This document shows positions 27,132 through 36,414 of a stretch of DNA of 64,000 nt, in pieces. The DNA lies in the IMG/VR virus record IMGVR_UViG_3300027756_000004; one strand, 5' to 3'. The DNA is from a virus. A program made the position numbers and the translations under genes. Within the stretch, counting starts at the first letter, position 1. Every line of letters begins with the position of its first letter. Under the pieces are notes generated by a model, which searched no databases, was not told the origin of the DNA, and saw only the letters and a program-made list of their open reading frames with translations.

Positions 27132-29990
27132 ATGTCAGTAGGACGTATCTCAGGGCCACTATTACGCAGCAATCTACAACGCTCAGATGATCTTGCATTT
27201 GAAACTGACCTGTTGTACATCAATCACAGTGGCAACAGGATAGGTATTAGGAACGACGCACCAACTAGAACGTTGTTAGTGAATGGCATGACTCGTAACA
27301 ATGCTGGTCTCACAGCCATCAACACTGCCACATTTGGCAACATGCTGTTTCAAAATAGTAGTATATCTGCACAGACTGGTCCTATATCTATTACTTCTGG
27401 TGGCACTATTGCCACTCCAGAATTACGTGTAGGTGATTTGTATTTCAGCAACAATAAATTAGGAACCTATACCACCAACACAAATTTACAATTGCAAGCC
27501 AATCAATCCGGCTATGTTGATATACCCTCAAACGTAGAAGTGTATGGCAGCATCAATGCCACTGGTAACATTGTGGCAGATGGCAACACCGTGATAGGTA
27601 ATGACAGCACAGATTCTTTAATCATAGGAGCAGATATTAATTCCAACATGATACCAGATGTAACCACTACCTACAACATAGGATCATCTGCCAGCAGACA
27701 ATGGGGTGACACATTTGCTCAAACAGGCAGTGTGGCTGGTGATATTGCTGTGAGCAATTTGTTCAGTATTGGAGGCATCACTGTAAATTTACCCATCAAC
27801 AATACCTATTATGTCAGCAGTGGAGGTCTAGACACCAATCCAGGACAGACTGTATCATTTGCCTTTGCCTCAGTGGAGCAAGCTCTATTGGCAGCTACCA
27901 CAGCAGGTGGCAACAATCTAATTATGATCCTGCCTGGTGTGTACACGGAAACTTTTCCTTTGAATATGCCTGCTAATACCACCATCAAAGGCAGCAGTAT
28001 GAGATCAGTAAAAATAATACCCACAACCAGCTCACAAAGTCAGGATGCATTTTTAATGAATGATGGTTGTATGATCAGCGATATCACTGTGTCAAATTTT
28101 TATTACAGCAGTGCTACCAACACAGGACATGCTTTTAGATTCAAGAACAACATCAACATTACATCAAAATCTCCCTATGTACAAAATGTCAGTGTGATCA
28201 CACAAGGATCAGCAACTTCTGCTGGCGATCCCAGAGGTTTCAATGCAGGAGATGCAGGCAAAGGCGCATTGGTGGATGGCAGTGTGGCAAATTCGGCCAG
28301 TAACAAAGCCAGCATGTTGTTCAACGCAGTGACTTTTATTACGCCAGGAGTGGATGCAATCACTATGAAAAACGGCGTGCGAGTGGAATGGATAGATTGT
28401 TTCACATATTTTGCCAATCGCAGTTTGTATGCCATCAACGGGGCCACTGGTTTTGCCAATCTTGGAGTTTTGTTTGGTGCTGAAGTAAGAGTGATTGCCA
28501 GTGCATCTGTGTATGGCAACAAAGGTGCAGAAGCAGACGGCGCTGCAACTTTGATGTATCTGATCAATCACAACATGGCCTATGTGGGATCTGGCAAAGA
28601 TGTGACCAACGATAGAAGTTTAGCCATTCAATCACAGGAAACTGTGGAACTTAACGCGGGAAAAATATATTATCAAAGTCAAGATCATAATGGAAATTTT
28701 AGAGTGGGTGATACATTTTCTGTGGATTTCAACACAGGATTTATAAATCTTGACAATCTTTCAACAGTCACATTCACAGGATCCAGTCTCACAATAGGAC
28801 TGCCTGGTGCACAAACCTTTGTGGATGGGAACAAAATTTTATTGCCTAATTTCACAGTGTCTGGTAACAGCATTAGAAGTGGTATCAATCAAGTGGATAT
28901 TGCATCTGCCAACGGCACTATTAATTTTTTAACCAACACCAACATCATTCAAAATCTTGATGTGTCTGGTAATTTTACCGTGGGTGGCAGTTTAACTAAT
29001 CTAGGTAATCAAGTGTCAGATACCATTGACTTTGAAATGGAATTTGTCAGTGATATTCTACCAGCCACGAATAATCTTTACAATTTAGGATCCAACAGTA
29101 AAAATTGGGACAATGTGTATGCTAGACAATTCAATGTGGGCAATATCACAATGACAGATAATTATATTGCTGCCAATCAAGGCAATCAAAATCTTGTGAT
29201 TCAAGCCAATGGCACAGGCAAAGTGACTGTGGACAATTTGCGATTTGACAGTGTGGTGGACAGTTCAACCGGCAATATCAACATCAATAACAGCACTAGG
29301 AACACTAATTTCTCTGGTAAAGCCATAAAATTACCCGCGGGTAATGCAGCTCAAAGACCTGCTGTGGCTGCTGATTTGCGGTATAATTCAGTGTCAGGAC
29401 AGTTTGAAGGTTACAACACAAATGTGGTGTTGTTGGGCGGTGTGAAAGATTTGGATGGTGACACCAGAATTGAACTCAACAGCGATCAATTTTATTTCTA
29501 TGCCAATGGAGTTAACACTGGAAGAATAGACACTGCAGGCAATTTGATAGTGAATCGTTTTCACAGTCAATCACAATTTGCATTGGACAACAACACAGTC
29601 ACAGTAGGTTCGGCCACTGCAGGCACTGTGGCTGCTTTGACTGCCAACGGCACAGGAGTGGTGCGTTTTGACACCAGCAATTATGTGTTCAACAGTGGCA
29701 GCATACGCAACACAGGCACCAACAGTGACATGCTGTTTCAAATGACAGGTGTACAAAAAGAACAATATGTGCATATGAGTGCCAATGAAAAAGGAATACG
29801 TTTGCCTTATGGAACCACAGCTCAAAGAAATCCTGGAGTGATAGGTGAACTGTACTGGAACACAACCACCAATAATTTGCAGGTGTATGGTGGAGCTGCA
29901 TGGGGCAGCGCATCAGGGGCCAGCGGCACCATAGTGCCTCTGTATCAAGTGGAAGAAATCAACTTGATTTACAATTTAATTCTAGCTTAA
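27132..29990 (+). CDS. Large tail fibre-like protein with beta-helix (pectin-lyase-like) domain
   Basis: MSVGRISGPLL N-terminus, YYVS..G.D.N.G.T...AF.SV..AL, PGVYTE.FPL, I.PDVT.TYNIGS repeats; paralog of 30149. Confidence 0.75.
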   Translation: MSVGRISGPLLRSNLQRSDDLAFETDLLYINHSGNRIGIRNDAPTRTLLVNGMTRNNAGLTAINTATFGNMLFQNSSISAQTGPISITSGGTIATPELRVGDLYFSNNKLGTYTTNTNLQLQANQSGYVDIPSNVEVYGSINATGNIVADGNTVIGNDSTDSLIIGADINSNMIPDVTTTYNIGSSASRQWGDTFAQTGSVAGDIAVSNLFSIGGITVNLPINNTYYVSSGGLDTNPGQTVSFAFASVEQALLAATTAGGNNLIMILPGVYTETFPLNMPANTTIKGSSMRSVKIIPTTSSQSQDAFLMNDGCMISDITVSNFYYSSATNTGHAFRFKNNINITSKSPYVQNVSVITQGSATSAGDPRGFNAGDAGKGALVDGSVANSASNKASMLFNAVTFITPGVDAITMKNGVRVEWIDCFTYFANRSLYAINGATGFANLGVLFGAEVRVIASASVYGNKGAEADGAATLMYLINHNMAYVGSGKDVTNDRSLAIQSQETVELNAGKIYYQSQDHNGNFRVGDTFSVDFNTGFINLDNLSTVTFTGSSLTIGLPGAQTFVDGNKILLPNFTVSGNSIRSGINQVDIASANGTINFLTNTNIIQNLDVSGNFTVGGSLTNLGNQVSDTIDFEMEFVSDILPATNNLYNLGSNSKNWDNVYARQFNVGNITMTDNYIAANQGNQNLVIQANGTGKVTVDNLRFDSVVDSSTGNININNSTRNTNFSGKAIKLPAGNAAQRPAVAADLRYNSVSGQFEGYNTNVVLLGGVKDLDGDTRIELNSDQFYFYANGVNTGRIDTAGNLIVNRFHSQSQFALDNNTVTVGSATAGTVAALTANGTGVVRFDTSNYVFNSGSIRNTGTNSDMLFQMTGVQKEQYVHMSANEKGIRLPYGTTAQRNPGVIGELYWNTTTNNLQVYGGAAWGSASGASGTIVPLYQVEEINLIYNLILA

Positions 29991-30013
29991 CAGAACTAAA
30001 ACCACCAAAATCA

Positions 30014-30148
30014 ATAAATACAACTAATGCCACAATCCGACCAAGATTGAGCAGGACAAACCGTGGTCAACCAGCGAAGAACCTTTGCATTAAAAAAGGG
30101 TGAAAACTAGGTTGGTGGCACAAGGATGCCCGTTAAAAGGAGAATAGC
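30014..30148 (+). promoter_or_regulatory. Late promoter plus candidate cis-regulatory multi-stem RNA leader
   Basis: ATAAATA (30014-30020); TGCCAC(30028-33)/GTGGCA(30115-20), CAATC/GATTG, CAACC(30068-72)/GGTTG(30110-14), ACCTTT/AAGGGT; AAGGAG RBS. Confidence 0.55.
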
Positions 30149-33100
30149 ATGGCCGTTGGTCGAATTTCCGGTCAGCTCTTGAAGGATAACTTGATCCGTT
30201 CCACGCTACCAGTGGCGGAACAAAACATTGCCTTTGAGACTGATCTGTTATATATTGATATAATAAATTCCAGGATCGGTATAAAAACTGCCAGTCCTCA
30301 GTATCCTTTAGACGTTGTAGGAACCATCAGAACCACCAATTTAGAAGTGCCCGGTGTCAGCACCGTAAACAATCTCACTTTGTCTGGATCCAGCATCACC
30401 ACTTCAGCGCCTATTTTATCCCTAGCATCGCCTGACAAAATATTGTACAACAATGCTATCCTAGTGGATGATTTACAAATATCCAACAACACTATTGAAG
30501 TGACCACCAGCAATATGAACCTTGAACTGCGCCCCAATGGCACAGGCATCACTGAAATTTACAGCAATGTGGAAGTGACTGGCAATATACATGCCACTGG
30601 CAGCATCACTGCAGATGGTAACATCACCATAGGAAATCAAAACACTGATAATTTGGTCATCAATGCAGACATAGCCAGCAATATGATTCCCAATGTGACC
30701 GACACATACAATTTGGGCAGTGCAGGAAAAAGATGGAATGAATTTTTCACACAAGATTTAACAGTGGACAACATCACTGTGGGCGGCAACGTCACAGTGG
30801 GTGGATTAGATCTTACATCAGTGCCAGGTAATATTATATACGTGGCCACCAATGGTGATAACGCCAACGCAGGACTGCATCAAAACGATCCAGTGTTAAC
30901 CATACAACAAGCAATCACATTGGCTTCATCAGGAGATCTGATACACATATATCCCGGCACATACACAGAAACGTTTCCCATCACTGTGCCTGTGGGAGTC
31001 ACCATCAAAGGAGAATCTTTGAGATCAGTGTTGATTCAACCCACTGGTGGCACGATTGATCAAAACGCTTTTATATTGAATGGTGAAACCACTATAGAAG
31101 ACCTCACAGTAGCAAATTTCCGTTTCAACTCTGGAGCCAACAGAGGTTATGCTTTTAGATATGCTAGCTCATTCACAGTGACCTCACGTTCACCATACAT
31201 TAGAAATGTTAGTGTGATCACACAAGGATCTGTGACCAGTGGCTCTGATCCTAGAGGTTTCAATGCAGGAGATGCAGGCAAAGGCGCCTATCTAGATGGT
31301 AGTTTGGCCACAGCAGGCAGCAACGAAGCCAGCTGTTTGTTTCAAAATTGCACATTTATAACTCCAGGAGTGGATGCTATAACCATGACCAATGGAGTGA
31401 GAGTGGAGTGGCTAAATTCATTTACATATTTTGCCAATCGTAGTTTGTATGCCATAGATGGAGCCACTGGACTCAAGGGCACAGGTCGCACATTGCTAAA
31501 AGTGGCGGGACTAGCAGGAGCCGCTGTGACAACAGGACAAACTATCACGTACTATGACACGGATAATTCTACAGTGTTGGGCACAGGAACCATTGCCACC
31601 GTGGACAGCAATATATTTTATCTCACAGGCAAAATCACAGGATTTCAAAATGCTGTCAACAGACTGCCTAAAATAATCACAGTCAATGGCAATGCTCAAT
31701 TGAGCACTGCTCAACTGAAATATGGCACAGCCAGTTTATTGTTGGATGGCACAGGTGATTATCTCACTGTATCCACCAATCCAGACTTTGGTTATGCATC
31801 TGGTAATTTTACCATTGAATTCTGGTTAAGACGCACTGCTGTGGGCAATCAAGTGATCATGGATCAAAGGTCAGCAGCAGCACTCAATAATCCTATGATT
31901 CACATTGATGGAGGAGTGCTAAAATATTATGCTGCTGCTGCCAATAGAATCACTGGCGCCACCACTATCAATATCAACACTTGGTATCATGTGGCAGTGT
32001 GTAAAAACAGTGGCACAACAAGATTATTTTTGAATGGCACACAGGAAGGCAGTTCCTACACAGATTCCAACAACTATGGTGCTACATCTATTTTGACCAT
32101 AGGTGCAGACTACTTGTATGCAAATGCATTGCCAGGTTATTTGGATGATATTAGAATCACCAAGGCAGCATTGTACACAAGTACTTTTGCAACACCTGCG
32201 GCTGAGTTAAGCAACACGCCCCACACAAAACTATTGTTGAATTTTAATGGCGCAAATGCTTCAACCTCTATCTCAGACACTGTGACAGGAGCACAATACA
32301 TCAGTTTTTCGGGAGGAGCCACTGCAGAAAGATTTGTTAATGTAGATTATACCGATTTTGGTGCTGAAATTAGAAGCATAGCATCAGCTTCAGTGTATGG
32401 CAATTATGGAGCATATGGTTCGGGAGTAGGCGTTCTAATGTATCTAGTAGGACACAATTTTGCCTACATAGGCAATGGCAAAGAAGTCAGCAATGATCCT
32501 GCCACAGTGATTCAAGCCAATGAAGTAGTGGAGATATCTAATGCAAGAATATTTTATAGTTCTGTGGATCAACGAGGCAATTTTAGAGTGGGTGATCTGT
32601 TCACTGTGGATCAAGACACTGGTTCAGTTTCATTCACGGCAGCATCCACGGTGTTGTCTCAAGGCACAGCATTAACATTTATTTCGGGTGGTCACACCAC
32701 AGTGATCAATGGCACATTGATTCAACAAGACAATGTGAGATTGAGTGGCAACACTATTGAAAGCACATCAGGAGCATTGAATTTGGATGCTGACAATGGA
32801 CAAATAAATCTATTGGATAACGTTAATATCTCAGGAAATTTGGATGTAACAGGTAATGTGACCATAGGAGGCAACATCACTATTGGAGATCAAACCACTG
32901 ATACTTTAAGTATTGTGGCAGCCGTGGCCAGCGATATAATTCCACAAACCACAAACACTTATAATTTAGGTAGTGCAGCAAAAAATTGGAACACTGTGTT
33001 CAGTTCAACTATCAATGTGGATGGCAATATAAGAATTGAAAACAATTTAATCACTACACAGACCACCAATTCAAATCTACAGCTGAGTGGTGCAGGTACT

Positions 33101-33874
33101 GGCAGTGTGGAAATAGAAAACTTTAGAATCAACGACAACACCATCAGTAATCTCACTGGAGATATCACTTTCACTCCTGCCACAGGAGTAACTGTGTTCA
33201 CAGGCACAGGCAGTATGAGATTGCCTGCAGGCAGCACCGCCAATAGACCAGCGTCACCACAAACAGGCATGATTAGATACAACACTGACAATAACTTGTT
33301 TGAAGGTTATGACGGCAGCTGGACTGTGTTGCAAGGTGTGTATGATTTAGATCGTAACACCTACATAACTCCGGAGCTCACTCCAGGAGCCAACGACAAC
33401 ACCATTAGATTCTACAGCAACAGTGCATTGGTGGCAGATGTCAACAGCACCAGATTTGATGTGAACACATTGCAAGTGGACAGTATTAACATATCAGGCA
33501 ACACTCTGACCACCACTGGAGCGAATCAAGATCTGATCCTAAATGCTAATGGCACTGGTTTCATAAGAATAGAAAATTTAAACTTTCAAAACAACACCAT
33601 TACCAACTATGTGAGCAATGCTCCCATTGTGTTGGAAACCACTGGAGATGGCTATGTGGATGTGAGTCAGGCTGGTGGCTTAAGAATACCCTATGGTATA
33701 GGAGCTACCAGGCCCTCAGCGCCTGTGATTGGTATCACTAGATACAACACACAGGATCTGCAAGTGGAGATCTACGACGGTAATAGCTGGGTTTCTGTGG
33801 CTGGCGCAGGGGGTGGAGTCAGTGTATTGGGCGCAGAGGAATTATCGATTAAATACGCATTAACATTAGGATAA
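30149..33874 (+). CDS. Large tail fibre-like protein with beta-helix and LamG/concanavalin-like domain
   Basis: Paralog of 27132 with an inserted LamG-like domain (FTIEFW, WYHVAV.KN.GTTRLFLNG, GYLDDIRITK). Confidence 0.8.
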   Translation: MAVGRISGQLLKDNLIRSTLPVAEQNIAFETDLLYIDIINSRIGIKTASPQYPLDVVGTIRTTNLEVPGVSTVNNLTLSGSSITTSAPILSLASPDKILYNNAILVDDLQISNNTIEVTTSNMNLELRPNGTGITEIYSNVEVTGNIHATGSITADGNITIGNQNTDNLVINADIASNMIPNVTDTYNLGSAGKRWNEFFTQDLTVDNITVGGNVTVGGLDLTSVPGNIIYVATNGDNANAGLHQNDPVLTIQQAITLASSGDLIHIYPGTYTETFPITVPVGVTIKGESLRSVLIQPTGGTIDQNAFILNGETTIEDLTVANFRFNSGANRGYAFRYASSFTVTSRSPYIRNVSVITQGSVTSGSDPRGFNAGDAGKGAYLDGSLATAGSNEASCLFQNCTFITPGVDAITMTNGVRVEWLNSFTYFANRSLYAIDGATGLKGTGRTLLKVAGLAGAAVTTGQTITYYDTDNSTVLGTGTIATVDSNIFYLTGKITGFQNAVNRLPKIITVNGNAQLSTAQLKYGTASLLLDGTGDYLTVSTNPDFGYASGNFTIEFWLRRTAVGNQVIMDQRSAAALNNPMIHIDGGVLKYYAAAANRITGATTININTWYHVAVCKNSGTTRLFLNGTQEGSSYTDSNNYGATSILTIGADYLYANALPGYLDDIRITKAALYTSTFATPAAELSNTPHTKLLLNFNGANASTSISDTVTGAQYISFSGGATAERFVNVDYTDFGAEIRSIASASVYGNYGAYGSGVGVLMYLVGHNFAYIGNGKEVSNDPATVIQANEVVEISNARIFYSSVDQRGNFRVGDLFTVDQDTGSVSFTAASTVLSQGTALTFISGGHTTVINGTLIQQDNVRLSGNTIESTSGALNLDADNGQINLLDNVNISGNLDVTGNVTIGGNITIGDQTTDTLSIVAAVASDIIPQTTNTYNLGSAAKNWNTVFSSTINVDGNIRIENNLITTQTTNSNLQLSGAGTGSVEIENFRINDNTISNLTGDITFTPATGVTVFTGTGSMRLPAGSTANRPASPQTGMIRYNTDNNLFEGYDGSWTVLQGVYDLDRNTYITPELTPGANDNTIRFYSNSALVADVNSTRFDVNTLQVDSINISGNTLTTTGANQDLILNANGTGFIRIENLNFQNNTITNYVSNAPIVLETTGDGYVDVSQAGGLRIPYGIGATRPSAPVIGITRYNTQDLQVEIYDGNSWVSVAGAGGGVSVLGAEELSIKYALTLG

Positions 33875-33880
33875 ACAATT

Positions 33881-34210
33881 ATGGCAACAGCGTTTAAAAA
33901 TAAAATATCAACTCAAATAGGCACCAGTCCTGTGAAGATTTACGAAGCACCTGTGGGTGTTAGCACCACTATACTTGGCATGAGTTTGAGCAATATCACA
34001 GGAGGTATTATCACTGCCAGCGTGTTTGTACAAGATGACACCAGTGCTCAAGCATTTTTTATAAAAAATGTGCAGATAGCCACAGGCAGCAGTTTGCGTG
34101 TGGTAACCAGTGGTGAAAAATTAATTATTCCTGCCAACTATGATCTGTTTGTTGAAAGCAACACAGCAGCATCATTGGATGTGGTGTTGAGCTATGTGGA
34201 GATAAACTAA
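33881..34210 (+). CDS. Small virion protein (paralog family)
   Basis: MATAFKNK..., TTILG.SL.N, GEKLII, SLDVVLSYVEI. Confidence 0.7.
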   Translation: MATAFKNKISTQIGTSPVKIYEAPVGVSTTILGMSLSNITGGIITASVFVQDDTSAQAFFIKNVQIATGSSLRVVTSGEKLIIPANYDLFVESNTAASLDVVLSYVEIN

Positions 34211-34211
34211 T

Positions 34212-34688
34212 ATGCAATACATCGGCCAACCCATTACAAATGCTATCAAAAGCCATAAAGATAGATTTTTTTACGGTTTACGCAGAACTGATGATGGTGA
34301 ATTATGGTTGGCCAAAGTAGATCAAATGGCGCCAGGTGACAGTGTGACCATTAATATTCCTGGCTCAGCCAATTACAATTATGATGATTGGAATGAAGGA
34401 CAAGATTTTTTTGATGGACGTGATGTGAATCATGATAAAATTTATCCTAATTTAAAATATGAACAATACAAATGGGATGATATCAATCTTTTTTATTACA
34501 TCAATAGTGAAGGTGAATTGGTTTTGAGAATCAATCACCCCATTGACATGGAAAATCCAGGAGCAGCTGCCAATGCATACACGTATCCTAATGTGAATGA
34601 AATCCCTGCGTTTACAGGAGCGTCTATCAAATTTGACCAAGATTATGTGACATTTGACAGCAACGAATCTACCTGGGACAGGACTTAG
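34212..34688 (+). CDS. Hypothetical virion protein (paralog of 36051)
   Basis: RFFYGLRRTD.GEL.L.KVD...DFF.GRD..H...Y.NL.YEQ..WD..N..YYI.SEG.L.LR.N shared with 36051. Confidence 0.75.
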   Translation: MQYIGQPITNAIKSHKDRFFYGLRRTDDGELWLAKVDQMAPGDSVTINIPGSANYNYDDWNEGQDFFDGRDVNHDKIYPNLKYEQYKWDDINLFYYINSEGELVLRINHPIDMENPGAAANAYTYPNVNEIPAFTGASIKFDQDYVTFDSNESTWDRT

Positions 34689-34739
34689 AAAATATATGTA
34701 TATTATGGTAAATATTAACAAAAACAAGCAAGGACACAC

Positions 34740-36047
34740 ATGGTAAAACAGATAATCAATGATGGCGTTACACCTAATGATGGACAGGGTGATAATCTAA
34801 GAGCTGGTGCATTAAAAATAAATTCAAATTTTGACGAGCTATACACAGCGTTGGGTGATGGCATATCTCTCACAGTGATCAACAACAATATTATCAGTGC
34901 CACTGGTGGCAACAGAATTGCTTTTTATTTTGCCAACCAAGCAGCATTTCCTAATGCTACCACATACCATGGTGCCATAGCACATTCACATGCAGATAAC
35001 GCCATGTATTATGCACATGGAGGAGTTTGGACAAGGATGTTAAGCACAATTTCCAGTATCAATGATTTAGCAGATGTAAACACCACTGCAGTTCCTGCAG
35101 ATGGTCAGGCTTTGCTTTGGAATGCTGCCACTTCCAACTGGATAGCTGGCACAGTGAGTGGTGGTGGTGGTGGTGGTGGAGCAGGTGTGACCACATTCGT
35201 TGCATTGACAGATACCCCAGCCAACTACTCAGGAGCAGCTAATAGATTTGTAAAAGTTAACGCAGCGACCACCGGTTTAGAATTTGTGGCAGGCATACAG
35301 AGTGCAGATCTCAGTGCCATTTCAATCAATGCATTTTTGGATGTGGACACTGTTACATCAGCACCTTCAGTGGGACAGGTTTTAAAATGGAACGGCACCA
35401 ACTGGATACCAGCAGCTGATTCTACTTCAGGTGGAGGTGGCAGCAATGCAGACACATTGGATGGATTTGACAGTTCATATTTTTTAAATTATGCCAACTT
35501 GACCAATACACCAGCAGCAATCTCCTCATTCCTTGCATTATCAGACACTCCAGATAGTTACACATCAGCAGGTAGTAGATTTGTCAAAGTAAACGCAGGA
35601 GCCACTGCATTAGAATTTGCTACAGTTGCAGTGCCATCCACATTGGATGACCTTAGTGATGTGGTGATATCTTCACCCGCACAAGGAGACGTGTTGTACT
35701 ACAACGGCACCAGTTGGGTGAAACAAAATGGTCCTGTAACCAGATGGAGTTTGTCAGCATCAGGAAACGCTGATTATATATTTACAGGTCCAGGATTTTA
35801 TGCAGCCACCAACGATCCCACTCTGTATCTGCACAGAGGTCACACATACATATTCATTAACACAGTGATCAGCGTTCATCCTATGGAAATAAGAGTGGCT
35901 AATGCAGGTGCTGCATACAGCAATGGAGTCACTGGAAATGCCACAGCCACTGTAATATTTCAAGTGCCCATGGACGCTCCCAGCACACTTTATTATCAAT
36001 GCACAGCACACAGCGGAATGGGCAACACCATCAACATAGTAACATAA
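34740..36047 (+). CDS. Fibre/baseplate-attached protein with gp9/gp10-like N-terminus and cupredoxin-like C-terminus
   Basis: NDGQGDNLRAG..KIN.NF.ELY N-terminus; L.DL.DV..T.P..GQ.L.WNG..W repeats; NDPTLYL.RG.TY.F...HP...VPMDAPSTLYYQCTAHSGMG C-terminus. Confidence 0.75.
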   Translation: MVKQIINDGVTPNDGQGDNLRAGALKINSNFDELYTALGDGISLTVINNNIISATGGNRIAFYFANQAAFPNATTYHGAIAHSHADNAMYYAHGGVWTRMLSTISSINDLADVNTTAVPADGQALLWNAATSNWIAGTVSGGGGGGGAGVTTFVALTDTPANYSGAANRFVKVNAATTGLEFVAGIQSADLSAISINAFLDVDTVTSAPSVGQVLKWNGTNWIPAADSTSGGGGSNADTLDGFDSSYFLNYANLTNTPAAISSFLALSDTPDSYTSAGSRFVKVNAGATALEFATVAVPSTLDDLSDVVISSPAQGDVLYYNGTSWVKQNGPVTRWSLSASGNADYIFTGPGFYAATNDPTLYLHRGHTYIFINTVISVHPMEIRVANAGAAYSNGVTGNATATVIFQVPMDAPSTLYYQCTAHSGMGNTINIVT

Positions 36048-36050
36048 TAT

Positions 36051-36413
36051 ATGTCAGACAGCAACGAATACATACAACAAATAGAAGATACACTGGGTGC
36101 CAGCAGATTTTTTTATGGCTTAAGAAGAACTGACCAAGGTGAATTATACTTGGGCAAAGTTGATTTAATGAATACTAACAGCTCAGATGCATTGCAAATT
36201 AATTTGCCAGGTAATCCCAATGAAAATTTGCCCAGTTTTACCAGAGGAGTAGATTTTTTAGAAGGTAGAGATGTGGAGCACACCAAAGTTTATGAAAATT
36301 TAAATTATGAACAATTTCGTTGGGACAGCAGAAATATTTTGTATTACATTGACTCAGAAGGACAATTAACATTGAGAGTGAACGAACCTTACACATATCC
36401 GGTAGGAATATAA
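36051..36413 (+). CDS. Hypothetical virion protein (paralog of 34212)
   Basis: Shared RFFYGLRRTD and NL.YEQ.RWD motifs. Confidence 0.75.
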   Translation: MSDSNEYIQQIEDTLGASRFFYGLRRTDQGELYLGKVDLMNTNSSDALQINLPGNPNENLPSFTRGVDFLEGRDVEHTKVYENLNYEQFRWDSRNILYYIDSEGQLTLRVNEPYTYPVGI

Positions 36414-36414
36414 T

